Positions 20,547 to 30,441 of a stretch of 64,000 bases of DNA are shown here, one piece after another. The position numbers and the translations under genes were made by a program. Origin of the DNA: a virus. The stretch is from positions 12,598 through 76,597 of the IMG/VR virus record IMGVR_UViG_3300017967_005407. One strand, written 5' to 3'. Positions within the stretch are counted from its first letter, which is position 1; the number at the start of each line of letters is the position of its first letter. The notes below the pieces were generated by a model. That model saw nothing but the letters and a program-made list of their open reading frames with translations, ran no database searches and was not told the origin of the DNA.

Positions 20547-20566
20547 GTATATAAAAGGACTCTAAA

Positions 20567-21469
20567 ATGGTTAACCAAATTATTTCAGCATATAGATATA
20601 ATGTTTTATTTGAAGCAATTGAAAATATATTAGGTATTCCAAGTGGAGAAGGCATTGGCTATAATCAAAATGTTGAAAGTGAACGGCTTCCTAAAACTCG
20701 TATAGTTTATGCAGAAGACATGAATAAACTATATAATGATTATGTAGCTGTGTATGCACATCAAAATGGAACTATACCTGCAACAATTAGCACTGTATCA
20801 GATGAAAATGAGATAACAGAGTCTTTGTATTCTGCTTATGAAACACTTTATCCTCTATTGTTTACAAATAGATTTGATGCAGATGCATCGCAAATGGATT
20901 TAGGTGTTTCTGCAGGTATTGATAGTATTAGAACAAGCACATGGGGCGGCACAGGAACACCACAAAGTATCACACACGAATGGAGTGCTACATTTAGCAG
21001 TGGTAATAACCTAAATGGTTTTTTCAATGCAGGCGGCAGTTTTGAAATGTCTTTTTCAATGGGTTCGACTGGTAGTGATGATAAATCACAAGGCTGGGAA
21101 ACTATGTTAAACAACATAGGAAATGTTACAATTGATTATACAGGCACTACTGTTAGCGGTTCTGGTAGCCCAGCAAGCAACACTGGTATATACGATTTAA
21201 CAACTTCTTACGTAAAAATCTTTGAAAAACTAGGAACAGGAATTTATACTAATAACGATTTAGAAATATATGCCAGAAAAGACGGCAATGTAATTTATTT
21301 CAAAACTGTACTTGCTGACGAAAGCATTGGATCAGATCCAGGCGGAGTAGGGCCTATTGACGAAGTTGTTACTGGTAGAATTACTAGTTTTGTAAGACAA
21401 AACAGACCAGTTGGTAGTTATGTAGAACTGCCTTCTCCATCATATCAAAATATCACTGTTTTCCAATAA
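20567..21469 (+). CDS. Virion structural protein (paralog of 22465..23520)
   Basis: G/S/T-rich; shares 'FFNAGG/FFMTGG', 'WETMLNNIG/WQTMMSNMG', 'IYTNN/IYNDN' and 'PIDEVVTG/PIDEPVTG' with the paralog. Confidence 0.6.
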   Translation: MVNQIISAYRYNVLFEAIENILGIPSGEGIGYNQNVESERLPKTRIVYAEDMNKLYNDYVAVYAHQNGTIPATISTVSDENEITESLYSAYETLYPLLFTNRFDADASQMDLGVSAGIDSIRTSTWGGTGTPQSITHEWSATFSSGNNLNGFFNAGGSFEMSFSMGSTGSDDKSQGWETMLNNIGNVTIDYTGTTVSGSGSPASNTGIYDLTTSYVKIFEKLGTGIYTNNDLEIYARKDGNVIYFKTVLADESIGSDPGGVGPIDEVVTGRITSFVRQNRPVGSYVELPSPSYQNITVFQ

Positions 21470-22399
21470 TTTGCCTTTGTAATCTTTTATCTTTTTAGTT
21501 GTTAAATCTGTTAAACAACTGCAAAATTCATATTGGCATTTAACTGGAACATAAGGTATGTTAAAATTCATGTCGTGTATATTTCCTAAAATAAAATTAG
21601 GAAAACATTGACTACCTATAGTAACATTGCCTTGTCTTGTTATGTTTAATGTGTCTATACCAATCCAACAAGCCCAACCTTTAAATTTATTTTTCTTTTC
21701 CAGTAAAAGTTTTTGTAAGTCTATAATATTATTGTTTTCGTCTACCATTGTAACGCCATAGTTGTCTTTTTTGATACCTGGCAATTTTATTAATGATTGC
21801 ATCTGTTTTATTTGTTTAGATGTATAAGGCATAGATTCTGCTTTGTCTAAACTTACACGTAAAGGTTTGTAATCTAATCTTATGTGTTTGTTCAAGTTTT
21901 TTAAACAGTAATCATATTGTTGTAGTGCTAAATCAAAATTTTCAATATCCATACATATTTGAAAATGTATATCAAAACTTCCAGCACATGCATTAAATTT
22001 GTCTACTAAATCTACAATATTAACCTGAGCAACATGAACACTTACAACTACACTATCTATATTGTTTTGATTTTTTTGCCACCAACGTTTTGTTTTATTA
22101 CCGTTTGTTAGCAACTGTACTTTGTTTTTTGGACTGATGCTTTTTACATAGGAAAAAAACTCAGGAATTTCTCGCCATATAGTTGGCTCACCACCAAATA
22201 AATTATACACAGCAAATTTATCTGTATAAGTTGCTGCTATTTTATCAACTAAAAGTTTTGCATTTTCTAATGTAGGAAAATTGTATTTTCCGTCGTGTGC
22301 TGCTGGTTCACAATAATGGCATGCGTAATTACATCTACTACTCATATCCCAATCAATGTAAACAAAATCTCTAGATTGTGCGTAATCAAATTGATCCAT
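21440..22399 (-). CDS. Radical SAM enzyme with C-terminal Twitch-like Cys domain (paralog of 50600..51733)
   Basis: CNYACHYC, GGEPT and TNG motifs; C-terminal 'FKGWACWIG...C...LGNI...CQYEFCSC'. Start moved to ATG 22399 (MDQFDY), which follows TAAATA by 4 nt. Confidence 0.9.
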   Translation of the reverse strand: MDQFDYAQSRDFVYIDWDMSSRCNYACHYCEPAAHDGKYNFPTLENAKLLVDKIAATYTDKFAVYNLFGGEPTIWREIPEFFSYVKSISPKNKVQLLTNGNKTKRWWQKNQNNIDSVVVSVHVAQVNIVDLVDKFNACAGSFDIHFQICMDIENFDLALQQYDYCLKNLNKHIRLDYKPLRVSLDKAESMPYTSKQIKQMQSLIKLPGIKKDNYGVTMVDENNNIIDLQKLLLEKKNKFKGWACWIGIDTLNITRQGNVTIGSQCFPNFILGNIHDMNFNIPYVPVKCQYEFCSCLTDLTTKKIKDYKGKLLENSDILI

Positions 22400-22403
22400 G
22401 CAG

Positions 22404-22444
22404 TATTTAACCGGTTGACAAAAACTAGGTAAATAAAGTATACT
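22404..22444. promoter_or_regulatory. Divergent promoter region: minus-strand TAAATA (22404-22409); plus-strand TTGACA-N18-TATACT (22415-22444) with internal TAAATA (22430-22435)
   Basis: Motifs read directly in the 65-nt gap between divergent genes. Confidence 0.55.
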
Positions 22445-22464
22445 ATTAAGAAACTGGAGTGTAC

Positions 22465-23520
22465 ATGAGCGGTCAAGGTACAGCAATATTAGCTACTGAC
22501 TTTAACAATATAAAAAGTATTTTAGAAAATAATTTTGGTATAGGTAATTATGGATTTAGCACCGGAACTGGTGCTAATGATATTCCTAATGATGTTGTAG
22601 GCGGTAGTGACCCAGCTACAAGTGATACTGTTTTGTCTGCTGATGTTGAAAGACTGTATAGCGTAGGACAACTAATACACTATCATCAAAATGGTGCAGT
22701 TAAAAGTTTATCAAGTGCCACGGGTTATGCAGATTTGCAAGTTGGAGAATTAATAGAATTTGCAGATTGGGGAGATGCTGCTAGTGTACAAGGGTTATAT
22801 GATCTTGCAAATTCTTGTGCTGCATTTAATAGGTATACTACAGAATTCAGCGGCGACTTTAGTGTTGCAAATAATAGATCGCTTCGTTTTTTGTCTGACT
22901 GGCAATCATTAAACATAATCTACATACATACATGGAACAGTGCAAACGAAATGACACACTTTTTCATGACCGGTGGAGAAGTTCGTATGAGTGTAGATAT
23001 GATTAATATAGGCACAGCGGGCGATGCTAGTTACGATAAAAACCTTAATTGGCAAACTATGATGAGTAATATGGGTACAGTCAGGTTATTCTTGCGTCCT
23101 AATAGTGCCGGAACTGGCTACGAATGGGTTACTGAAAGTTTAAGCGGCGGTGGCACAGGAAGCATAATAGCTGATACTAACAATGCTGGACCTGCTAACA
23201 GTGGCAATGCGTATCTAGCTTATCAAAGAAACGGAGCCGGCTCAATTTATAATGACAATGAAATACGTATTACTGCAACCATATCTGCATCATCAGTGCG
23301 TTTAGAGCTTGATCTAATTGATGGAGATACAGGTACAGGTAATCCAGCAGATGGTCCATCTAGCACACCTATTGATGAACCTGTAACTGGAGATGTAAGA
23401 GCAAATAGTCAAATATCTTATGCAGATAGTACTATTACCTTAAATGATGGTACTGCTGATACAGACTTTACATTACTTGGACCTCAACCTACAACAACTA
23501 CAGGTCTTTGGGCAACCTAA
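22465..23520 (+). CDS. Virion structural protein (paralog of 20567..21469)
   Basis: GGAG RBS before ATG 22465; motifs shared with the paralog; G/S/T/D-rich. Confidence 0.6.
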   Translation: MSGQGTAILATDFNNIKSILENNFGIGNYGFSTGTGANDIPNDVVGGSDPATSDTVLSADVERLYSVGQLIHYHQNGAVKSLSSATGYADLQVGELIEFADWGDAASVQGLYDLANSCAAFNRYTTEFSGDFSVANNRSLRFLSDWQSLNIIYIHTWNSANEMTHFFMTGGEVRMSVDMINIGTAGDASYDKNLNWQTMMSNMGTVRLFLRPNSAGTGYEWVTESLSGGGTGSIIADTNNAGPANSGNAYLAYQRNGAGSIYNDNEIRITATISASSVRLELDLIDGDTGTGNPADGPSSTPIDEPVTGDVRANSQISYADSTITLNDGTADTDFTLLGPQPTTTTGLWAT

Positions 23521-23532
23521 ATCATATATCCG

Positions 23533-23561
23533 TTGACAATCACTTAAAAATAATATATACT
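23533..23561 (+). promoter_or_regulatory. Sigma70-like promoter TTGACA-N17-TATACT
   Basis: Near-consensus -35/-10 with ideal spacing, followed by GGAGG RBS and ATG 23584. Confidence 0.75.
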
Positions 23562-23583
23562 GTAACCACAATTGGAGGTTTCT

Positions 23584-23931
23584 ATGGACGAGCGTCTTGA
23601 AAAAGCATTAGACATCAGTAACTACATGGTTACATTAAACAATCAAACACGTATTTTAAAAGAAAAGTATTACGAAAATCTTGTGTATTATTTCAATGGT
23701 GCTACTTTTACTGTTACAAGAGAGTTAATTAACTTTATCAAAGGTTTAATAGATAGTGATCAGCAATCTGTAATTATAAGCGATGATAATGATATTCCTA
23801 TTGAGATTGAAAACTTAGAAGAATTTCATCAAAATATTTTGAATACATATTTTACAGCATCAAATGAATACTTTGTTGAATACAACAAAATGAAAAGTAA
23901 TAGAAACGTTGAAGGTATTTTAGATATATGA
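23584..23931 (+). CDS. Hypothetical protein (possibly tail-fibre assembly chaperone-like)
   Basis: GGAGG RBS; ATGA overlap with the next gene. The function is a weak guess from position and size. Confidence 0.6.
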   Translation: MDERLEKALDISNYMVTLNNQTRILKEKYYENLVYYFNGATFTVTRELINFIKGLIDSDQQSVIISDDNDIPIEIENLEEFHQNILNTYFTASNEYFVEYNKMKSNRNVEGILDI

Positions 23932-24752
23932 GCAAAGGTGTTTTACTGTTTGCCAAAAGAAACAATGCATTAGATTATATTAAACAAGCTATATTTTGTG
24001 CTAAACGTGTAAAAAAATATTTAGACGTTCCAGTATCAATTGCTACTGATATGGTAGATGATGATAGACTTGATTTTTTTGATCATGTAATTAAATTACA
24101 GCCAAGCAATAATGATAACTCTAGAAAATTTAGAGATGGAAATCTTGCAACTAAGTTGGCAAACTTTAATAATGCAGATAGATATTTTGCATACGAATTA
24201 AGTCCTTATGACGAAACTATCGTAATGGATACAGATTACATACTTGCTAATGATAAACTTAAAAATTGTTTTGGTTCTAAACAAGATTTGATGATGTATA
24301 GCAGTGCTGTAGATTTATGTCATTGGCGTAATTTGACTGAATTTGATAGAGTAACTGATACAAGTATAAAGTTTTATTGGGCTACAGTTGTATATTTTAA
24401 AAAAACAGAAAAAACTAAATGCTTTTTTGATCTTGTGCAACACGTAAAAGAAAATTATACTCATTACAAAAGTTTGTATCAAATAATTAATCCGCTGTAT
24501 AGAAATGATTTTGCCTTTAGTATTGCTGCTCATATACTAAATGGATTTACAGAAGATTTAACAATTGCAAGTTTACCAGGTAAAAAATACTTTACTACTG
24601 ATAGAGATATATTGCAGAGTATTGACAATGATAAAATGATAATGTTGTTAGAAAAACAAAATCATGTTGGAGAATATACTGCAATAAAAACCAATAAACA
24701 AAGCATACATGTAATGAATAAAATTAGTTTAGAAAGAGTGATTGATGGATAA
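23928..24752 (+). CDS. GT-A fold glycosyltransferase-like protein
   Basis: 'ELSPYDETIVMDTDY' DxD motif and late 'RNDFAFSIA'; paralog of the next gene. Confidence 0.75.
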   Translation: MSKGVLLFAKRNNALDYIKQAIFCAKRVKKYLDVPVSIATDMVDDDRLDFFDHVIKLQPSNNDNSRKFRDGNLATKLANFNNADRYFAYELSPYDETIVMDTDYILANDKLKNCFGSKQDLMMYSSAVDLCHWRNLTEFDRVTDTSIKFYWATVVYFKKTEKTKCFFDLVQHVKENYTHYKSLYQIINPLYRNDFAFSIAAHILNGFTEDLTIASLPGKKYFTTDRDILQSIDNDKMIMLLEKQNHVGEYTAIKTNKQSIHVMNKISLERVIDG

Positions 24753-25584
24753 AAACTTTACTCTCCTAGCTCAAAATAGTGACCAAGATTACGTTAAGCA
24801 AGCGTGTTTATGTGCAATGAGTATACATGCTACAAATCCTGAAAGCAATGTTTCTTTAATTACTAATGACACTGTGCCTGAGAAGTATAAACAACTTTTT
24901 GATCACATAGTAGAAATACCGTGGGGCGATCACGCAGCAGAAGAAGATTGGAAAATAAGTAATCGTTGGAAAATATATCATGCAACACCGTATGATAATA
25001 CTATGGTGCTTGACACTGATATGTTAATATTACAAAATTTAGATAGATGGTTTACTTATTTAGATAATTATGATCTATATTACACTAGCAATGTGTTAAC
25101 ATATAGAGGAGAAACGGTAACAAGTGATTACTATAGAAAAGCATTTACACAATTTGACTTGCCTAATTTATATAGTGGAGTGCATTGGTTTAAAGAACGT
25201 CCTCTAGCAAAAGAATTTTATGCTTGGTTAGAAATGATTACTAATAATTGGCAATTGTTTTACAAACATCATGCAGGAGGCAAAACGTTTCAAAAAAAAT
25301 GTAGTATGGATTTAAGTGCAGCTATCGCAGCAAAGATAATGAACTGCGAAAATCAAATCACAAGTAATACTAGTTTTCCAACTTTTGTTCATATGAAACC
25401 AAAGTTACAAAAATGGAATGCTTATGATAGTTTATCATGGCAATCACGTATTAGTGTTTACTTGAACGATGATTTAGATTTGTATGTTGGTAATTTTAAA
25501 CAAAGTGGTATATTTCATTATACAGAAAAAGATTTTGCAAAAGACGAAATAATAAACACATACGAAAAGCACTTGGGGATATAA
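24745..25584 (+). CDS. GT-A fold glycosyltransferase-like protein (GT8-like)
   Basis: 'NRWKIYHATPYDNTMVLDTDML' DxD motif, 'YSGVHWF', 'FVHMK', 'IFHY'. Confidence 0.75.
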   Translation: MDKNFTLLAQNSDQDYVKQACLCAMSIHATNPESNVSLITNDTVPEKYKQLFDHIVEIPWGDHAAEEDWKISNRWKIYHATPYDNTMVLDTDMLILQNLDRWFTYLDNYDLYYTSNVLTYRGETVTSDYYRKAFTQFDLPNLYSGVHWFKERPLAKEFYAWLEMITNNWQLFYKHHAGGKTFQKKCSMDLSAAIAAKIMNCENQITSNTSFPTFVHMKPKLQKWNAYDSLSWQSRISVYLNDDLDLYVGNFKQSGIFHYTEKDFAKDEIINTYEKHLGI

Positions 25585-26145
25585 ATGCCAATAGTAGTAA
25601 AAAGTAATACAAAAAAATATATTGAATTTGACGACGAAGGTAATATACAGGCTATAGTGAATACACCAAGCAGTGATCAATACATTCAAGTAGATAGCAA
25701 GGATATAATAGATTTAATTAAAGGTATTGTACCTACACATCAATATCGAGTAGAGTTTGATATTGTAAAAAAAGATTATGTGTTGAATAAAACTGATTAT
25801 TGGGAAGAAGCAAGAAGCTCTGATAGTTTTTTACATAAAATAGAATACAATGAAGATGCTGATGCTACATTAATCCAAAATAACATAAAAAAACAATGGG
25901 AATTAAAATTAGGTAAAAAAGTTTTACAAAATATGGATAAAATAAATGTCAATATGAAAAACTTGATTACCGGATTTAGTATTACTGATAAAAATAATCC
26001 TTATAATTTACATTATATTTTAAACTTTGAAACTGATAAATTTACAATTCCTTTTCCTGATAATTTTCAGTTTGACAAATCTCTAGTAAGTGTTTATACT
26101 GTAAGGAGATTAGAGTCTTATTCTCACGAGGTAATCAATGACTGA
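25585..26145 (+). CDS. Hypothetical protein
   Basis: 186-aa ORF abutting both neighbours; no motif recognised. Confidence 0.7.
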   Translation: MPIVVKSNTKKYIEFDDEGNIQAIVNTPSSDQYIQVDSKDIIDLIKGIVPTHQYRVEFDIVKKDYVLNKTDYWEEARSSDSFLHKIEYNEDADATLIQNNIKKQWELKLGKKVLQNMDKINVNMKNLITGFSITDKNNPYNLHYILNFETDKFTIPFPDNFQFDKSLVSVYTVRRLESYSHEVIND

Positions 26146-27055
26146 TATTTTTAGAGTAGTTGATCATGACATAATTTATCTTAGTTATGATGAGCCCAAT
26201 GCCGAACAAAACTATGCAGATTTGCTTACAAAAGTTCCTTGGGCTAAACGTGTACACGGTGTAAAAGGAAGTGATGCTGCACACAAAGCTGCTGCAAATG
26301 CAAGTGATACAGAAAGATTTATTACTATCGATGGTGATAATCGAATACGTGAAACTTTTTTAAGCCAAGAAGCAGATTTAAGTGAATATGACTTAACTGA
26401 TAAAGTCATAAGTTGGACTGCTTATAATCAAATAAACGGACTTGCATATGGCAACGGCGGTATTAAGTGTTGGCCTAAACATAAAGTTTTAAGTATGAAA
26501 ACGCATGAAAACGCAGATCCAGACAATGCACATGCACAAGTAGATTTTTGTTGGGACTTGCAATATATTCAAATGAATGGAACATTCAGTGACATTTACA
26601 ATAATGCAACACCTCAACAAGCATGGAGAGCAGGATTCCGTGAAGGTGTTAAAATGGCACTAGATCAAGGTATAAAACCAGATATTGAAGATTTTAAACG
26701 CAATCATTGGAAAAATTTGCATAGACTTTGGATATGGTTAATGGTAGGTGCAGATGCTGATAACGGACGTTGGGCAATTTATGGAGCAAGAGAAGGTTTG
26801 TACAAAACTATGTGTACAGATTGGAACTTTATCAACGTGCGTGATTTTGAATGGTTAAACGATTATTGGAATAATATCGAGGTTAATGAAGAAACATTAG
26901 AAGATGAAACTCAAAGACTCGGTGATGAACTTATGAATGAATTACAGGCTCCAATTGCATTACAGCCGTTAGATGCAAATCAAAGTAAGTTTTTTAAAAC
27001 AGTGTATCAAAATCCTGTACGTAATCCTAAGTTTATCGATAAGGAACTTGGATGA
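26138..27055 (+). CDS. Glycosyltransferase-like protein (DGD motif; paralog of 30442..31473)
   Basis: 'IIYLSYDEPNAEQNY...RVHGVKG...FITIDGDN...NGLAYGNGGIK...AWRAGFREGVK'. Confidence 0.65.
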   Translation: MTDIFRVVDHDIIYLSYDEPNAEQNYADLLTKVPWAKRVHGVKGSDAAHKAAANASDTERFITIDGDNRIRETFLSQEADLSEYDLTDKVISWTAYNQINGLAYGNGGIKCWPKHKVLSMKTHENADPDNAHAQVDFCWDLQYIQMNGTFSDIYNNATPQQAWRAGFREGVKMALDQGIKPDIEDFKRNHWKNLHRLWIWLMVGADADNGRWAIYGAREGLYKTMCTDWNFINVRDFEWLNDYWNNIEVNEETLEDETQRLGDELMNELQAPIALQPLDANQSKFFKTVYQNPVRNPKFIDKELG

Positions 27056-28425
27056 GCGAAAGAGACGAAGCAGTTCGTATAACAAAATACACAGACGAAC
27101 AGATTTCTCCTACATTTTGTTTTGCTAAATGGTATCATGCAAACATTTATTTTCAGACAGGTGAAACACACAGTTGTTATCATCCTGCTCCTCATACAAT
27201 TGATACACAAGCTATTTTAAAAAATCCTAGTGCTATTCATAATACAAAACAAAAAATTGAAGAACGTGCTGCAATGTTGCGTGGTGAACAACCTAAAGGC
27301 TGTCAATACTGTTGGAACATTGAGAATATGGGTCCTGATTATATCAGCGATCGTAAAACCCGTAGCAGTAGTATTTACAACGAGGAAAGATTAAATGCTG
27401 TAAAACAAGGTGGCGCAGAATTTAATGTTAATCCGGAATATTTAGAAGTTAGCTTTGGTAATGAATGTAACTTCCGTTGTGGTTATTGTCATCCAAAAGC
27501 CAGCAGCAGATACTATCAAGAAATTAAGCAACACGGTCCATATGATATGGTGCGCAATCACCGATGTGATGTTGATTGGTTTAAAATTTATGAAGAAGAC
27601 AATAATCCGTACCTAGATGCATTTTGGAAATGGTGGCCTGATTTAAGCAACGACTTAACTATTTTACGCATCACAGGTGGAGAACCAACAATACAAAAGA
27701 GCACATATAAACTTTTTGATTTGTTGGAGCAGGATCCAAAGCCTCATTTAGAATTGAATGTTAACAGTAATTTAGGAGGCAAACCAAAGCAATTAGAAAA
27801 ATTTACCGATGCAGTAAATAGTTTGCTTAGTCAAAATAAAATTCGTAGATTCAAACTGTTTACAAGTATTGACACTTGGGGTAAACGTGCTGAGTACATA
27901 CGTAACGGATTAGATATTGATGTATTTGAGCGTAATTTAGATTATTTTATGCGTAATACAAATGCACCTGTAACTATAATGATTACATTTAATATTTTCA
28001 GTGTTACAACTTTTCAAACATTACTTGAAAAAATATTAGAATGGCGCCGAAAGTATAATGATGTTGAAACATTTCGGTGGAATCGTTTAAGTTTTGATAC
28101 ACCTTATCTAAAAGAACCATTACAATACGATATTAATATTTTGCCTCAGGAATATATGAAGTATATGCACAGTCATTTACAGTTTATAAAAGACAACTTA
28201 GATGATGAACGTAAAGATGCATTTACTACAATGGAATATGAACGTTTTAGGCGTGTAGTTGATTACATGGATTCAACACAGTATGATCCTGCAAAAGTTA
28301 TGCAAGGTCGTATTGACTTTTGGCGTTTTTTCAATGAGCAAGATAAAAGAAGAAATACAAATTTTAAAGAAGCATTTCCTGAAATGGCTGACTTTTTTGA
28401 AACTTGTAAAGATACTGCTAGTTAA
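27052..28425 (+). CDS. Radical SAM enzyme with N-terminal Twitch-like domain
   Basis: N-terminal 'FCFAKW...SCYH...CQYCW'; CNFRCGYC; GGEPT; 'SID...AEYIR'. Confidence 0.9.
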   Translation: MSERDEAVRITKYTDEQISPTFCFAKWYHANIYFQTGETHSCYHPAPHTIDTQAILKNPSAIHNTKQKIEERAAMLRGEQPKGCQYCWNIENMGPDYISDRKTRSSSIYNEERLNAVKQGGAEFNVNPEYLEVSFGNECNFRCGYCHPKASSRYYQEIKQHGPYDMVRNHRCDVDWFKIYEEDNNPYLDAFWKWWPDLSNDLTILRITGGEPTIQKSTYKLFDLLEQDPKPHLELNVNSNLGGKPKQLEKFTDAVNSLLSQNKIRRFKLFTSIDTWGKRAEYIRNGLDIDVFERNLDYFMRNTNAPVTIMITFNIFSVTTFQTLLEKILEWRRKYNDVETFRWNRLSFDTPYLKEPLQYDINILPQEYMKYMHSHLQFIKDNLDDERKDAFTTMEYERFRRVVDYMDSTQYDPAKVMQGRIDFWRFFNEQDKRRNTNFKEAFPEMADFFETCKDTAS

Positions 28426-29024
28426 AACAAAGGCAAAATTTCTTCAGCTTCTGGCCAACGTTCGTCTTCCATTTCTTTGTAGTAATTATCTACCTTAAAC
28501 TTCCAAAAACTTTGTATAGTTCCTCTATATTCTAGTTCAATCGGTTCTTCTAAAAATCCTTGCTTACGCCATTCTGGAGCCCAACGTGTGTGTACAGCTC
28601 GTTGTTTTGCAATTGGGCTAGGGTGAGTGCTTATGTACAAAGGATTATCTCTGCCGCAATGCTCAATACATGCAGGAATTAAAAATTGCGCACTTGGGTG
28701 ATCATGTGGCCGCGGCGCACCTCTTAAGTTTCTTAAAGTGTTATGATTGCGTACACCTTGTACTAGATGTCCTAGCATACAAATTCTAGCACCTATGCGA
28801 TAAGCGTTTCGTCCTAATATTTCTAAGCCTGTTAACTTATGGCTTACAACACAGCCTACAATATTTTCATAGTTGTATAATAAGAATAAAGTTGAATCTT
28901 TTTCTTTTTCAAGAGATGATAAAAGCATATCGGCGTTACTATTGTTGTAGTAACGCTTTTTTTCTGCTTCAATAAAAAAGTTTGTTAAATTTTGTGAACC
29001 ATCATAGGTTTCAATTTTCCACAT
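28422..29024 (-). CDS. Hypothetical protein, possibly GNAT-fold acyltransferase
   Basis: 200-aa ORF directly downstream of the antisense fibre gene; 'LFLLYNYENIVG...AYRIGARICML' is weakly GNAT-like. Confidence 0.45.
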   Translation of the reverse strand: MWKIETYDGSQNLTNFFIEAEKKRYYNNSNADMLLSSLEKEKDSTLFLLYNYENIVGCVVSHKLTGLEILGRNAYRIGARICMLGHLVQGVRNHNTLRNLRGAPRPHDHPSAQFLIPACIEHCGRDNPLYISTHPSPIAKQRAVHTRWAPEWRKQGFLEEPIELEYRGTIQSFWKFKVDNYYKEMEDERWPEAEEILPLF

Positions 29025-29045
29025 ACTTGCATTATAGTATAAAAA

Positions 29046-30371
29046 TTATCCTAAGTCAACCCAAGAATTGCCGTTATATCCTTGGAATTTATTTGTGCTG
29101 CTATTAAAGATAATCATGCCTGCTGTTGCCGAAAGTGCATTACGTTCTGTGCTGTTTATAGGATGCGCTTTAAATGCATAACCGCCGACTGTACCTTGTC
29201 CGTCTACACTCAATTTTTTAGGACCGAGAACATCTGGCTGATTAGTGCCATCTGCTACACTTACGCCAAAAATTGTTTTGATGCTATTTGCGTTATCAGG
29301 AACAGTCCAATTTGGATCAACTGCATATCCCCAATGTCCGGCAGTTTTATATTCTGTTCCGTTATAAGCTAATATAGCTCTTAGGTCTAGTAAATCTCCT
29401 GGTATAACTTTTGCTTTACCGTCTGCGTTTACTCTATTGTAATGCATACGTCTTTGAGCAAATGGTCCACTTGGGTGTGGAATAACAACAAAATCATTGT
29501 ATTCTCTATAATTTGCGTTAATTGTAAGTGTATCATCCACTGCCCCAAAAGACAAAGATCCGTTGTTATTTGTTGCAAGAGAAACATTGCCTTCTGCTGT
29601 AACACTCAAACCGATATGTGTGCCTGCTGCATTCAATAAATCGCCTTGTATATTGCCTGTAACGTTACCTGTTATATCCCCAGTGATGTTACCTACAACA
29701 TCTCCTACAACATTACCATTTACATTACCTACAACATCGCCATTTAAATTTCCGTAAAATTCCGCAATATCTTGACTTGTGTCTACAACAGTTTGAGCAC
29801 CTCTACCAATTACATCACCAGTATGATCACCGATTGTGTCTCCCACTAAACTACCTTCTACGTCACCGTAAACATTACCAAAGTGTTGACCAGATACATC
29901 TCCTAATAATGGACCGTTAAATGTTCCTGCTGTAATGTCGGATACACTCAGACTTGAAACTTCTAAATTACCTAAATTAATAGTTTGAGTATTAATTCTA
30001 TCAACTGTAAGAGTTCTATTTGTAGCATCTAACATTACATTTTCTTGTTCGTCTAATATATCGCCTTGTACATTTCCAGTAACGTCACCAAACAAGTCTC
30101 CTACAACATCTCCGGTCACATCGCCGATAAACACAGCATCAGTACCATTAGTTCCGCTGTTGAGAACTACACTTCCGTTGGTTGCTGTTACATTACCAGC
30201 TAATTCACCTTCGTGCTTTCCAAGTAAAACATTATTCACAGTATCAACTAGTGTGGTATTGTCACTACCTACCACCGGCCCTTTTAAAGCACTATTCCAG
30301 CTATCTACCAAAATTGTGCTATCACTGCCCGTAATATTTAATCTAATTGTATCCCCAGGTAATATGCTCAT
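29046..30371 (-). CDS. Fibre-like virion protein with G-[DN]-[VIL]-x repeats
   Basis: AGGAG RBS and ATAAATA upstream; tetrapeptide repeat tracts; C-terminal 'ERNAL...GMIIFNSSTNKFQGYNGNSWVDLG' module shared with 54885..56366. Confidence 0.7.
   Translation of the reverse strand: MSILPGDTIRLNITGSDSTILVDSWNSALKGPVVGSDNTTLVDTVNNVLLGKHEGELAGNVTATNGSVVLNSGTNGTDAVFIGDVTGDVVGDLFGDVTGNVQGDILDEQENVMLDATNRTLTVDRINTQTINLGNLEVSSLSVSDITAGTFNGPLLGDVSGQHFGNVYGDVEGSLVGDTIGDHTGDVIGRGAQTVVDTSQDIAEFYGNLNGDVVGNVNGNVVGDVVGNITGDITGNVTGNIQGDLLNAAGTHIGLSVTAEGNVSLATNNNGSLSFGAVDDTLTINANYREYNDFVVIPHPSGPFAQRRMHYNRVNADGKAKVIPGDLLDLRAILAYNGTEYKTAGHWGYAVDPNWTVPDNANSIKTIFGVSVADGTNQPDVLGPKKLSVDGQGTVGGYAFKAHPINSTERNALSATAGMIIFNSSTNKFQGYNGNSWVDLG
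29640..30130 (-). repeat. Degenerate 12-nt coding repeat (G-D/N-V/I/L-x), three tracts
   Basis: e.g. GDVTGDVVGDLFGDVTGNVQGD and GNLNGDVVGNVNGNVVGDVVGNITGDITGNVTGNIQGD. Confidence 0.85.
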
Positions 30372-30389
30372 GTTTCTTCTCCTACTTTT

Positions 30390-30435
30390 TATTTATCAGT
30401 AAATAGTTGACAAAACAATTTTACTATGCTAAGTT
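30390..30435. promoter_or_regulatory. Divergent late motifs TATTTA-N4-TAAATA (30390-30405) plus sigma70-like TTGACA-N17-TAAGTT (30407-30435)
   Basis: Read directly in the gap between the divergent genes starting at 30371 (-) and 30442 (+). Confidence 0.55.
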
Positions 30436-30441
30436 ATTATT

